DNA from: an uncultured Acidobacteriota bacterium
GTDB lineage: Bacteria > Acidobacteriota > UBA6911
DNA: 64,000 nucleotides
Direction of reading: 5' to 3'
Assembly: GCA_963809485.1 (NCBI GenBank)
Contig: CAWEJX010000014.1
Span: 27,753 to 91,752 of the forward strand
Part shown: positions 31,252 to 41,180 of the stretch, piece by piece
How the letters are laid out: each line of letters opens with the position of its first letter
How positions within the stretch are numbered: the first letter of the stretch is position 1
Made by a program: the position numbers and the translations under genes
The notes under the pieces: generated by a model
The model's input: only the letters and a program-made list of their open reading frames with translations
Database searches by the model: none
What the model was told of the DNA's origin: nothing

Positions 31252-31905
31252 ATGTTCACAGGCATAATCGAAGAGACAGGCATAATCCGGGAATTGCGGA
31301 TCCTGCCGGCTGGAGCCTTCATCACTTTATCTGCCCAAAAGGTTCCGACCGGCCTCGCCATCGGCGACTCCGTTTCGGCAAACGGAGTTTGCCTGACCGC
31401 TACGCGCGTCAGCCCGGATTCATTCTCCTGCGATATTTCAGCGGAAACGATCCGAGTCAGCAGCTTTCAGCAAGCCCGGCCGGGCATCCGGGTGAATCTG
31501 GAGCGTTCTTTGAGGGTAGGAGACCGCCTGGGGGGACATTTCGTGTTGGGGCATGTGGACGGTTTGGGAAAGATGCTGGCCCAAAAAGCAAGCGGTGAGG
31601 GATATGAGATGTATTTCGAGTTTCCCCAGTCCATGGAACGATACCTGGTCTACAAGGGATCCATCGCGGTCGACGGCATCAGCTTAACCATAGCCTCGCT
31701 GAGCAAGACTTCATTCTCCGTTGCCGTGATCCCGCACACCTTCGAATCCACGAACCTGCGGCATTTGAAAGCCGGGGACGCTGTGAATCTTGAAGCGGAT
31801 GTTTTGGGCAAGTACATCGAGCGGTTTTTCCAGCTGGGCCTGATTCCGGGTGAAAAGCCTGCCGTCAAATTGACCGAGGAATATCTCAAAAGCCAGGGTT
31901 TTTAG
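31252..31905 (+). CDS. ribE: Riboflavin synthase alpha chain
   Basis: MFTGIIEE N-terminus, NGVCLT, GGHFVLGHVD; AGGAG RBS. Confidence 0.95.
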   Translation: MFTGIIEETGIIRELRILPAGAFITLSAQKVPTGLAIGDSVSANGVCLTATRVSPDSFSCDISAETIRVSSFQQARPGIRVNLERSLRVGDRLGGHFVLGHVDGLGKMLAQKASGEGYEMYFEFPQSMERYLVYKGSIAVDGISLTIASLSKTSFSVAVIPHTFESTNLRHLKAGDAVNLEADVLGKYIERFFQLGLIPGEKPAVKLTEEYLKSQGF

Positions 31906-31906
31906 C

Positions 31907-32557
31907 ATGCGCCCTCAGATGCCGGTTTTGGTGTTCGCGATTGCCGCCATTCTCCTTGCTTCATCACTGCCCACTTCGGCAATCCATGAGAATCCGGTGC
32001 CGGCTTTCGGGCGGGATACGGTCCTGGTCTGGAAAATTCAAAGTCAGGATTTCGTTTACAGTTTTGTCGTTCGAATCGCGGAGTTTTCACCCAACCGTTT
32101 CGTGGAATGGGAGGACGAGAAAACGCAAGGGACAATATACATGCCCTCACGCGATATCCAGGGAGCCAAAGGCTACATCAGCAGCAACCTGTTTGAATCC
32201 GGCATGGACACGAAAGGGAGGAACGCCACCACTTTGTGGCTGAGCCGGCAGATTTTTCGCGACTTGAAGGAAAAAAAGAAAATCAAAATCGATCTCGACG
32301 GCGTGAGGAGCGCAGCGGAATACAAGGGCGATGACTCCCTCACCGTGGAGGTGAACCGTTCTCCTTCGTCCTTGCCCGTGATTAAAGTCCTGGATGATCG
32401 CGGATCGGAACGGTGGTTTTTGGATCAGGAGGAAAATCCCCTGATGATAAAACACACAATCCGGCACTTCACTCAAACCCTGGCCAGCATCACCACGGAC
32501 CGGCCGAACACCCTTCGCTGGATCAAAGGCAGCAAGCTTTCCAATCCCAACCACTAA
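31907..32557 (+). CDS. Hypothetical secreted protein
   Basis: Signal peptide; starts 1 nt after the ribE stop. Confidence 0.65.
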   Translation: MRPQMPVLVFAIAAILLASSLPTSAIHENPVPAFGRDTVLVWKIQSQDFVYSFVVRIAEFSPNRFVEWEDEKTQGTIYMPSRDIQGAKGYISSNLFESGMDTKGRNATTLWLSRQIFRDLKEKKKIKIDLDGVRSAAEYKGDDSLTVEVNRSPSSLPVIKVLDDRGSERWFLDQEENPLMIKHTIRHFTQTLASITTDRPNTLRWIKGSKLSNPNH

Positions 32558-32711
32558 ATAGGGCCGTAATCCTGCGGCTTCTTCGAGGGGCTGGAGGAGT
32601 TCCACATCTCAGAGATCCGGTAACGCCGACGAACGCTGATTATGGGAGTGAAAGCCGGCATTGGTCAGCGCCTAATCCAATGCCGCATCCTACGGTTCTG
32701 CCGGTGGCTGC

Positions 32712-33416
32712 TTACTCATCAGGCAGGCGGGATGCGATGGCCGCACGTGTTAGCTGGACAAGTTTTTCCCGGTCTTCCAGGGTCATTCCGGCAGTGGGTA
32801 TGGGATCATGAAAAATCACGCGGATAAGACCGGGGCGAATGGAGTATTTAGCGGGAGGCTGGATTGCGGCGCTGCCCAGAATGGTCACAGGCATCACGGG
32901 GGCCTGGGCTTGGATGGCCATGACGAAGACGCCCTTCTTAAATTCCCCCAAACGTCCATCCCGGCTTCGGGTGCCCTCGGGAAAGGCAACGAATGAATGG
33001 CCTTGCGCCAGCAACCGGGCTCCCGCCTCGATTCCGGCATGCGCCTTTTTGGGATTCGACCGCTCGATGGGAACGAACTGAACACGCTTCAGGACAAGGG
33101 AAAGAACCGGCAGCTGCATCATTTCCTTTTTGATTAAGGCTTTCCAGTCGCGCGGGATGGCATGGCACAGCACCGGGCCGTCAAAATTACCCTGATGATT
33201 GGAAAGAAAGACATAGTTGAAGTCCGGTGCAATCTTTTCCCGCCCTTCCAGCTCAACCCGGACACCGCACATCCATCCTGCCGCCCGGATGCAGGAACGG
33301 GCGAGGATGTAAAGCAGCCGGGTATCCTTCGCAGCCAGGCTCCACAAAAGGGCGCCGGGCGCCAGCAGCAGGATATAGACAGCGACAAACATATATACGA
33401 GCGATGCTCGAATCAT
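32712..33416 (-). CDS. plsC: 1-acyl-sn-glycerol-3-phosphate acyltransferase
   Basis: NHQGNFD, FPEGTRS, FKKG. Confidence 0.88.
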   Translation of the reverse strand: MIRASLVYMFVAVYILLLAPGALLWSLAAKDTRLLYILARSCIRAAGWMCGVRVELEGREKIAPDFNYVFLSNHQGNFDGPVLCHAIPRDWKALIKKEMMQLPVLSLVLKRVQFVPIERSNPKKAHAGIEAGARLLAQGHSFVAFPEGTRSRDGRLGEFKKGVFVMAIQAQAPVMPVTILGSAAIQPPAKYSIRPGLIRVIFHDPIPTAGMTLEDREKLVQLTRAAIASRLPDE

Positions 33417-33485
33417 GGCAGTTTCCGCGCAAAGCAAGGTCCCGATTGTACTTCAATTCCGGAATTATTGCGTCCCCGGCACCAA

Positions 33486-34064
33486 TTATTTGCGGTCCTG
33501 CGGTGCGTTCTCAAGATTTATGTAGTCGGTCAGGGCATCCCGGGTGGAAGGGAAGGCCAGGCCGTTCCAGGGAATATCGGCGGGATCGAAAGCCCGGACT
33601 TCCCGGCTCTCAGGAGTGATTCCGGCAGTGCCTCCGACGACGGTCGAGCAATATACGACGACGACGATGCCCGATTTGGCGTAGGAATAGATATTCAGCA
33701 GGCTGTCCAGACGTATCTCCAGCAGGGTTTCCTCGCGAGTTTCCCGGATTGCGGCATCCTCCACACTTTCTCCCAAGTCGACATAACCGCCCGGAAAGGT
33801 CCAGCAGCCGGAAGAGGGCTCGATGTTTCTGCGAAGCAGCCAGATCCGGCCGTCCTGCCTGGGGACGGCGGCGGCCACGATTTTGGGATTGAGGTAGAAA
33901 ATAAATCCGCATCCCGAACAGACTTTCCGGTGATGCTGCTCGATCTCGAGAAACCTCTCAACAAGGCCGCAGCCGCAGCGCGGGCAAAATCTGGCCCAAT
34001 CCGAACCGGCAGAATGCTGCAGCTCGCGGTGGGACTGAAGCTTTTTTTCGTCTGATGCGTGCAA
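33486..34064 (-). CDS. Zinc-ribbon NUDIX hydrolase
   Basis: FCPRCG...CSGCG; GGYVDLGESVEDAAIRETREET; TTG start with GGGAGG inferred. Confidence 0.88.
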   Translation of the reverse strand: MHASDEKKLQSHRELQHSAGSDWARFCPRCGCGLVERFLEIEQHHRKVCSGCGFIFYLNPKIVAAAVPRQDGRIWLLRRNIEPSSGCWTFPGGYVDLGESVEDAAIRETREETLLEIRLDSLLNIYSYAKSGIVVVVYCSTVVGGTAGITPESREVRAFDPADIPWNGLAFPSTRDALTDYINLENAPQDRK

Positions 34065-34120
34065 CTCCGGGGCCTCCCGATCTGTTTTCGGTGCGCAGGA
34101 ATAAGAAGTATAATACCAGC

Positions 34121-34639
34121 ATGTCCCGGCCCGCGCTACGTATTCGCCAATCACAGGCGGAAGATTCTGAGGTTTTTTACGAGATCGACCGCATTTGCTT
34201 TCCGGAGGACATTGCTTTCTCCCGGGAGGATCTCATTGCCTGCCTGAATCATCCGGAAAGCACGGCATGGCTGGCTGAAAGGACCGGGCGGATCCTTGGA
34301 TTCGTTCTTGCGCGCATCGACAACCAATCGTGTGCGCATGTTCTTACCCTCGATGTCCTTCCTTCAGCGCGCAAGCGCAAGGTCGGCACGATGCTCATGA
34401 AGGAATTGCATGCCGAGTTGATGCGAAGAAAAATCCGCCTTTCCTTCCTCGAGGTCGCTGTTAACAACATTCCTGCTCAGCGGCTTTATGAACAGCTGAA
34501 ATATCGATACATGGGCATGCTGCCGGGCTATTACCACGGACGCGAAGACGCGTATCGAATGGTATGCCAAATCGGGTCGCCGGACGCTTTAGGGTTGCCG
34601 GCCCATCAAAAGGGCCTGACCGCAACCGATATAAGCTAA
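34121..34639 (+). CDS. RimI-like GNAT acetyltransferase
   Basis: LEVAVNN.PAQRLY...GYY..EDAYRM. Confidence 0.85.
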   Translation: MSRPALRIRQSQAEDSEVFYEIDRICFPEDIAFSREDLIACLNHPESTAWLAERTGRILGFVLARIDNQSCAHVLTLDVLPSARKRKVGTMLMKELHAELMRRKIRLSFLEVAVNNIPAQRLYEQLKYRYMGMLPGYYHGREDAYRMVCQIGSPDALGLPAHQKGLTATDIS

Positions 34640-34672
34640 AACCGGTTGTACGCGCAATAGGCATCTGGAAAG

Positions 34673-34761
34673 CTTTTTGAACCGCAGAATATCGAATATT
34701 GAATGCAGAATTTCGAAGTCTTTCTGCGGTTCGAAATTCGACATTCGAAATTCGATATTCA
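34673..34761. repeat. Heptamer-repeat palindrome, family copy 3 (most complete), between convergent genes
   Basis: gaaccgcagaa...ttctgcggttc inverted arms with GAATATC/GAAATTC heptamers. Confidence 0.75.
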
Positions 34762-34827
34762 GGATTTTTGCAGCTCCCCAATGGAGATCAGCAAAGGAAA
34801 GAGCCCTGGAAAAGCCAAAGAGGAGGG

Positions 34828-35919
34828 TCAGGATTCCTTGGCAAGATACCCTTTCCGGGTGATGGTCTTCAGCTTGGCCGGCTTGCCTTTCTTGTCGAGG
34901 ACATTCGCCTGGACCTCCACCTTGATTTTCCGGAACTTGCCGTCCTTTTTTGTATTGGTCGAAGCGTAGGCAATGCTGTACTGACTTCGCAGCAATTGGG
35001 AAATGTTGGAAAAGATCGCGGGGAGCTCCGTCTGAAAGCGCGGGTAGTAGGCGGCGCCGCCTGAAAATTCGGCAAAGGAACGAAGGCGATTGTCGGCCAT
35101 CAGAAGCTCAATGTTGTCCAAATTGCTGATTAATCCCGCTGCTTCCGCCCGGAGGCGGAAATGCTGGCCGAGGCTGATGGCGTAGACCGAAGCATTGGCC
35201 TGCTTGCACTTATCGAGGGCCTCTTCGTAGGTGTGCTTGCTGAAGGTATCGAGGCCGGTGCTGACGAGGAGAACCGCTACCTTGCCCTCGATTTCCTGAG
35301 TCCTGTCCAGCGTATCGATGACGGCATCGGAAAGATTGCTTTCGCTAAAGGCGGGATAGGTGAAGCGCCTCAGGGCATCGTAGAGCACCTGGCGGTCCTG
35401 AGTGAAATCACACAATATGGTCGAGCGCAGGTCGTAGCCGACGACCGCCACCCAGTCTGCCGGTCGCAGAGTGGCGGCAAAGGTATACATGGCGTTCCAG
35501 ACATCTTCGATGAAGTAACCGACATTGTTGCTGTATTCGACCAGCAACACAACCGTAACGGCGGCGTCCACCGGGGCGAAATGAGATATTTCCTGCTTGA
35601 CGTTGTCCTCATAGATCGTGAAGTTTTCCGGCTTCAGCCCCAGAATGACTCCGCCCTCTGAGTCTGTAACAAGGACTTGAACAGATACCAGGTCCACCGC
35701 GACGGAAATTGAGGCCTGTCCTTTGGGACTGTCTTCCTCCTCCTGGCCCTCCGGCGGAGTCTGTTGCCTGCGAAGCGGCGGCCGGCGGCTTTTGGTCGAG
35801 TCCTGAGCGCTTACCGATAGCGGGAAGTCGGGGATCGCGCGGCTGCCTGTATAAATGCCGTTCAGGAGGGGAACAAGAATCAGTATCAAAGCAGCCCGAA
35901 AGTATCTCTTGCATTTCAT
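34828..35919 (-). CDS. VWA-domain protein (Acidobacteria-type), degenerate MIDAS
   Basis: VDLVSVQVLVTD..L..ENF.IYED; LRSQYSIAY...DGKFRKIKV; EYSNN in place of DxSxS. Confidence 0.8.
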   Translation of the reverse strand: MKCKRYFRAALILILVPLLNGIYTGSRAIPDFPLSVSAQDSTKSRRPPLRRQQTPPEGQEEEDSPKGQASISVAVDLVSVQVLVTDSEGGVILGLKPENFTIYEDNVKQEISHFAPVDAAVTVVLLVEYSNNVGYFIEDVWNAMYTFAATLRPADWVAVVGYDLRSTILCDFTQDRQVLYDALRRFTYPAFSESNLSDAVIDTLDRTQEIEGKVAVLLVSTGLDTFSKHTYEEALDKCKQANASVYAISLGQHFRLRAEAAGLISNLDNIELLMADNRLRSFAEFSGGAAYYPRFQTELPAIFSNISQLLRSQYSIAYASTNTKKDGKFRKIKVEVQANVLDKKGKPAKLKTITRKGYLAKES

Positions 35920-36120
35920 GATCGATGCTCCGTGTCCCGCGTGAATGGAAGTTGCTTGACGCCTCACACTCCAAAATGGTAGCACAAGTACCGGAGGGTC
36001 TCAAAGAAACGCTCCCGGGACAATTTGATTTGACCTGAAAAATCCCGGGTGTTAATAATTTCAGGGTGCAGACCCACAGATCGTCTCGATCTCCCGGAAT
36101 GCTTTTATTGGAGGTACATT

Positions 36121-36369
36121 GTGAGCTACTGTCCGGAATGCGAAGCCGTTATCGACGAAGAATTCGAAGACATTGGAGAAATCATAACCTGCCCCGAGTG
36201 TGGCGTCGAACTCGAAGTGATTTCCATTGATCCGGTGGAATTCGATCTGGCGCCCATCGATGAGGAAGATGAGGACGACGAATTCCGCTACGACGACTCC
36301 GACGATGAAGAAGAGTGGGACGACGAAGACTCTTACGAAGAGGACGAAGAAGACGACGAGGACGACTGA
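36121..36369 (+). CDS. LysW-like zinc-ribbon protein with long acidic tail
   Basis: CPEC...GEIITCPECGVELEV; GGAGG before GTG. Confidence 0.75.
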   Translation: MSYCPECEAVIDEEFEDIGEIITCPECGVELEVISIDPVEFDLAPIDEEDEDDEFRYDDSDDEEEWDDEDSYEEDEEDDEDD

Positions 36370-36455
36370 TTCACGGTCCTTCCTCTTGGACTTACAAATC
36401 CTGCCAAGCCGCAGAGGAATTGCGCTACCGATAGATCAGGATAGGATTTTTCCAG

Positions 36456-37154
36456 GTGATGAGGCATATCCGTTTGCTTATATTTGATCTCGATTACCTT
36501 GTGTTTGACTGTGCCTTGCTCAAGCTGCGGGCACTGAGGCAAAGCATGGCATCCCTTGCGGACGACCTTCCACAGAGCCTGACTTTGCCTGATGCCGCCG
36601 ATATCGAAGAGGCCTATCGCAATCATGGATTTCGGTGGATCCAATACCTCGAAGATGAGCTGGGCGAACAAAAATGCGAATTCCTGCGGAAAAGATACAG
36701 CCTGAACGCAAACCGGCTGCTGGAGTCCGGCATGGGAAGGATGTTTCCGGGGATTGAATCTTTCATAGCCTCCTGTCGCGAGGCGGGAGTTTCCGCTGCG
36801 CTGGGGGCTGATGCGAGCCGGGATTACCTGATGGCCGTCAGCGACCGGCATCAGCTGGACACGCTCTTTCAGATTTCCTTGAGTACCGAGGAGTTTGGCC
36901 TGGGCGGCGCCGCTGAAATGCTGGACGACATCATGCGCCAGGTGGAAGTGAATCCGAGTGAAACGCTGGTGCTCGGAACGCGGCCGGCCTTCTTTCAAGC
37001 CGCGCAGGACCTGGACGCGCAATCCATCGCGTGCGGATGGGGAATTCAGCGGCACGAAACGCTCTCGGAAGCGCAATTTGCGGCTGCAACTTTGCCGCAG
37101 CTTGAATCCGCAGTAGCAGAAGCCGATTCCCGGGCCTACCGGAATTGGGCCTAA
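36456..37154 (+). CDS. HAD-superfamily protein with degenerate catalytic motifs
   Basis: LLIFDLD motif I, FPGI, CGWG. Confidence 0.7.
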   Translation: MMRHIRLLIFDLDYLVFDCALLKLRALRQSMASLADDLPQSLTLPDAADIEEAYRNHGFRWIQYLEDELGEQKCEFLRKRYSLNANRLLESGMGRMFPGIESFIASCREAGVSAALGADASRDYLMAVSDRHQLDTLFQISLSTEEFGLGGAAEMLDDIMRQVEVNPSETLVLGTRPAFFQAAQDLDAQSIACGWGIQRHETLSEAQFAAATLPQLESAVAEADSRAYRNWA

Positions 37155-37215
37155 TCCACCTTCGCCGACTGCGGAAGTTCACGGACTGAGAAATCCGACA
37201 GAACCGGGGGCCGAC

Positions 37216-38049
37216 ATGAATCTGGAAGAGAAAGAACGAAAGCTTGAATCGATTCTGGAGAGCCTCGCGCCGGTGTTAGTGGCCTTCAGCGGAGGTGTGG
37301 ACAGCTCATACCTGGCATTCAAGGCGCACCAGGTCCTCGGGCCGCGCGCCATCGCGGTCACGGCGGACAGCCCGTCGGTCGCTTCCCATCAACGCGAAAT
37401 GGCATCCCGCGTCGCGCGTCAGATCGGAATCACTCACAGGATTTTGCATACCCGGGAACTGGATCTCCCGGAATACAGCTCCAACTCCCCGGATCGCTGC
37501 TACTACTGCAGGAATGAGCTGTTTACCGAGTTCCGCGTGCTTGCGGCGGAGCATGGTTCCGCGGTGATTGTGGACGGCGTGAATACCGACGACCTCGGTG
37601 ATTTCAGGCCCGGGCGGAAGGCGGCAGCGGAACACCACGTGCGCAGCCCGCTTCTGGAAGCCGGGCTCAACAAGGAAGAAATCCGGGAGCTTTCGCGCCG
37701 GGCCGGCCTTCCGACCGCCGACCTGCCTTCATCCGCATGCCTGTCTTCGCGCTTCCCTTACGGAGTGCCGATTACGGCGGAAAAGCTCCGGATTGTGGAT
37801 CGGGGTGAGGAAGCCTTGAGGCAGATGGGATTCCGCATCTTCCGCGTTCGGCATCACGAGCATCTGGTGCGCCTCGAGTTCGGGCCCGAGGATCTGCGCG
37901 AAGCCCTGAAGCCGCAAACCGCCGCCCGGCTGGCCTCGCTCTTCAAAGGTCTTGGATACAAGTATGTCACCCTGGACCTGGAAGGCTACCGTATGGGCTC
38001 CGCCAACGAAGTGCTCCCGGCAAGCAAAACCGGCCGGTTCGAAGTTTAG
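37216..38049 (+). CDS. larE: LarE-family ATP-dependent sulfur insertase
   Basis: AFSGGVDS PP-loop, RCYYC, DDLGDFRPG, SACLSSRFPYG, RVRHH, LEGYRMGS. Confidence 0.88.
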   Translation: MNLEEKERKLESILESLAPVLVAFSGGVDSSYLAFKAHQVLGPRAIAVTADSPSVASHQREMASRVARQIGITHRILHTRELDLPEYSSNSPDRCYYCRNELFTEFRVLAAEHGSAVIVDGVNTDDLGDFRPGRKAAAEHHVRSPLLEAGLNKEEIRELSRRAGLPTADLPSSACLSSRFPYGVPITAEKLRIVDRGEEALRQMGFRIFRVRHHEHLVRLEFGPEDLREALKPQTAARLASLFKGLGYKYVTLDLEGYRMGSANEVLPASKTGRFEV

Positions 38050-38119
38050 GATGCAACTGTCAGCACGAAGCTTCGAAATTTATCATTGGACGTGCTGCGG
38101 TTCAAAATCAGGGGCAGGA

Positions 38120-40744
38120 CTATTCCGGGATAGCAAGGGATTCCAGGGCTTGCTGGATTACATCCTTCACTTCTTCGATCTTGAACGGTTTGGCCAGATA
38201 CCGGCTGTGGTTGTCCTCGAAGAATGAACGTGTTTCGATACTGACCGTGTCCCCTGTAACGAAAATGATGCGGCTCGCCAGATGGGGCCGGTTCTCCTTG
38301 ATCCATTGGAACAGTTCCTTGCCGTTCATCTGCGGCATCCGGTAGTCTGTAAGAACCAGGTCATAGTCGGTACCTTTCATCCTCAGCATGGCGGCGCGGC
38401 CATTGTCGGCCGTGTCGACAATCATCGGCAGGCTCTGAAAAACCTCGACAAAAAAGTCCAGGATGTATTTCTCGTCGTCCACTACCAGGACATGTTTGCC
38501 GCGCACCAGGTTCTCGAACTGCTGTTCCTGCGGCTCGGGACTTTTTCCGGCGCCGGATTCATCCTGCAGGAGCGTAATTACGGGCAGCTCTATGATGAAA
38601 GTGGCGCCTTCGCCCGGCCGGCTCCGTGCATAGATATTTCCGCCGTGCTCCTTGATCATTCCGTAGGAGATGCTTAGCCCTAAACCCGTACCTTTGCCCA
38701 CCTCCTTGGTTGTGAAGAATGGATCGAATATTCTCGTGAGATAGTTCTCCGGGATTCCCGGGCCGTCATCGATGATCTCAACGACAACGAACTCGTTTTG
38801 CGCATCGGTTCGCGTGCGGACGATGAGCCGGCCCTTGCCGTGGGCTTCCAGCATCGCCTGCTCTGCATTGGTCACGACATTCAGGAACACCTGCTGGAGC
38901 TGCTGCGCATCAGCGATGGTTTTTGGGAGGGAGGGATCCAGCTCCCGGCGGATCTCGATATTGTTGACCTGCAGCTCGTAGCTTCTCAGCTCAATGGTCA
39001 TTTCAAGGATATCGTTGATGTCCGTGAGAGTCCGCTCCGGCTTCTGCTTGCGGGCAAAGGAGAGCAGATTCTGCACAATTTTCCGGCAGCGAAGCGCCAG
39101 GTCGCTGATCTTTAATAGATTTTCTTTGGTGCGGTCGTCAAGATCCCGGCGCATCTGCAGCAACTGGGAATAACCCATGACGCCCGTGAGCGGATTATTG
39201 AGTTCGTGGGCAACGCCGGAAATGAGCTCGCCGATCGCGGAGAGTTTTTCGGATTGAATGAGCTGCTGCTGAAGCAGTTTTTCGTTGCTGATATCCTTGG
39301 CCACATGGATGGATCCCGCGAGGCGGTTGTTTTTGTCGTACCATGGGCTCACGGAAATCTGGAACACGCCTTCCATCTGGGGAAGCGAAACCTCCTCCAC
39401 CAGCAGAGACTCCGACTTGAGGGCGCCGGTGTGACGGCATGGCCCGAGGCTCGATTCGGTCGGGTCATAGATTTCAGAACAGTATCTGCCGATGACTTTT
39501 TGGGGGATGGTTTTCAGCCTCCGGGCCAGCGCGACATTCGCCCGCGTGACCTTGCCGGTGGTGTCGTGCACCGATACGCAGTCCTGCATGGCGTCGAACG
39601 TGGTTTCCCATTCTTTCTGGCTTCGGGACACCACCTGGAACAGGCGCGCGTTTTGGAGCGCGATGGCCGCCTGATGGGCCAGAGTTTCAGCGCGCTGTAT
39701 TTCCTCTTCGGTAAACTTGCGTTCACGGGCATCGTCGACGTAAACCAGAACGCCCATTGCCTGCTCCTGGGTAAGCAGCGGCGCGAAAATGCCGGCGCGC
39801 CAGCCCAGGGATTCCATCAGCGGGCTTTTGCTGCGCTCATCGCGCACAATGTCCTCGATGGCAACCACGCGCCTTTCAAGCAGAGCCGTAACCGCAGTTG
39901 TAGATTCGGAAAGGCGCATTCTAATGGTCCGTATGTCCAGGCTGCCGCTTTGAGTCGAAGCGGAGCCGACCAGGCTGCGGCTTTTTTCGTCCAGCAGGAA
40001 CAGGTGGCACTGACTGGTCTTGGCGAGCCGCTTGCCCTCGATCACAATCCTCTGAATGATGTCTTCGAGGTTAAAACTCCGCGAGATGATTTTATTCAGC
40101 TCCTGCAGCGCGACAAGATCTTCGGAGAGTTTATTGGATTGATCACGAAGCTGGGCGTTTGCGATCGCGACGCCCAGGATCTCGCACAGCGCATCAATGA
40201 ACTCCTGCTGGGCGCCGGTCAATGATTTGAGCGATTTGGCAGCCAGCGCCAGGCTTCCCAGAATATGGTTGCCGGAGCGTATGGGATAGTCGGCGAAAAA
40301 CTGCAGTTCATCGCGGAGCAGAGCCTCTGCCAGCGGGGCGTCCTTCCAATTGGAGAGATCGCCGGCAACAGGGGATGCAGGCTGCTGCACACTTTCTTCG
40401 GCGCCCGGTTCAAGAAGGGCGGCGGTCTCCCTGCTGAATCCGCGGCTTACCGTCTTGGGCGCCGATTCCGGAGTGGCGCGCAGGCGGAGCATGCCGGCAT
40501 CCATCCCCACGGTGCCTGTAACTGCGTCCAGGACCGAGGCCATGATGGCGTTGAGGTCGAGAGAGCGGTTTACCATCGATGAGATCTTCTTGAGCGCTTC
40601 CGTCTCCTGCAGCTTTGTTTTTCCCTGCTTTCGGGCTGCAGCGGCCGTGGCGGCAGCCATGAAAAGCAGGAATGGGAAAGCAGTATTCATGAATTCATTT
40701 GCCGAGATGGAGCTGCATACTGTGAGCGAAGGGAAACAAAACAT
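38120..40744 (-). CDS. Hybrid sensor histidine kinase (GAF-GAF-PAS-HisKA-HATPase-REC)
   Basis: GVAHELNNPL, DDGPGI, FDPFFTTK, GTGLGLS, receiver VVDDE/DYRMP; start uncertain. Confidence 0.9.
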   Translation of the reverse strand: MFCFPSLTVCSSISANEFMNTAFPFLLFMAAATAAAARKQGKTKLQETEALKKISSMVNRSLDLNAIMASVLDAVTGTVGMDAGMLRLRATPESAPKTVSRGFSRETAALLEPGAEESVQQPASPVAGDLSNWKDAPLAEALLRDELQFFADYPIRSGNHILGSLALAAKSLKSLTGAQQEFIDALCEILGVAIANAQLRDQSNKLSEDLVALQELNKIISRSFNLEDIIQRIVIEGKRLAKTSQCHLFLLDEKSRSLVGSASTQSGSLDIRTIRMRLSESTTAVTALLERRVVAIEDIVRDERSKSPLMESLGWRAGIFAPLLTQEQAMGVLVYVDDARERKFTEEEIQRAETLAHQAAIALQNARLFQVVSRSQKEWETTFDAMQDCVSVHDTTGKVTRANVALARRLKTIPQKVIGRYCSEIYDPTESSLGPCRHTGALKSESLLVEEVSLPQMEGVFQISVSPWYDKNNRLAGSIHVAKDISNEKLLQQQLIQSEKLSAIGELISGVAHELNNPLTGVMGYSQLLQMRRDLDDRTKENLLKISDLALRCRKIVQNLLSFARKQKPERTLTDINDILEMTIELRSYELQVNNIEIRRELDPSLPKTIADAQQLQQVFLNVVTNAEQAMLEAHGKGRLIVRTRTDAQNEFVVVEIIDDGPGIPENYLTRIFDPFFTTKEVGKGTGLGLSISYGMIKEHGGNIYARSRPGEGATFIIELPVITLLQDESGAGKSPEPQEQQFENLVRGKHVLVVDDEKYILDFFVEVFQSLPMIVDTADNGRAAMLRMKGTDYDLVLTDYRMPQMNGKELFQWIKENRPHLASRIIFVTGDTVSIETRSFFEDNHSRYLAKPFKIEEVKDVIQQALESLAIPE

Positions 40745-40833
40745 CGGGCCCCCCCCAGGAAGCTTATCGCCTGTATTTATGCGGGTAAAATAGACATTAT
40801 AGGAACATAGGCAGACCATTGCCACAGAAAAGC

Positions 40834-41180
40834 AGCGGTTAGTAACCAGTGATTAGTGATTAGTGATTAGTTATTAGGGATTAGGGATTGGCAGTCAATG
40901 AAATGATTGATGTCTGGTTGCCTGAAAGAACCTAGATGCCAGGATGAATAATTTTCAGTTCATAAGTCGAACACACAACCTCTCAGGCGATTCTGAGAGG
41001 TGGGCAGCTTCGGATTTTAAGACCTCGAAATACATATAAAGGATAAAGGCTTCTATTAAAAAAAGCTCCGGCTAAGGCGGATTCATTCTGCAAGGCTCAG
41101 GGCTCTGCTGTATTCAAATAATTGCCATGATTTCACCTTGCATCGCAAATCACCCCCCAACCACAAATCCCTAATCCCTA
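40834..41180. repeat. Inverted heptamer arrays (AGTGATT/AGGGATT at 40834-40889; AATCCCT at 41166-41179) flanking an AT-rich spacer
   Basis: agtgatt x3, agttatt, agggatt x2; complementary aatccct x2. Confidence 0.7.
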
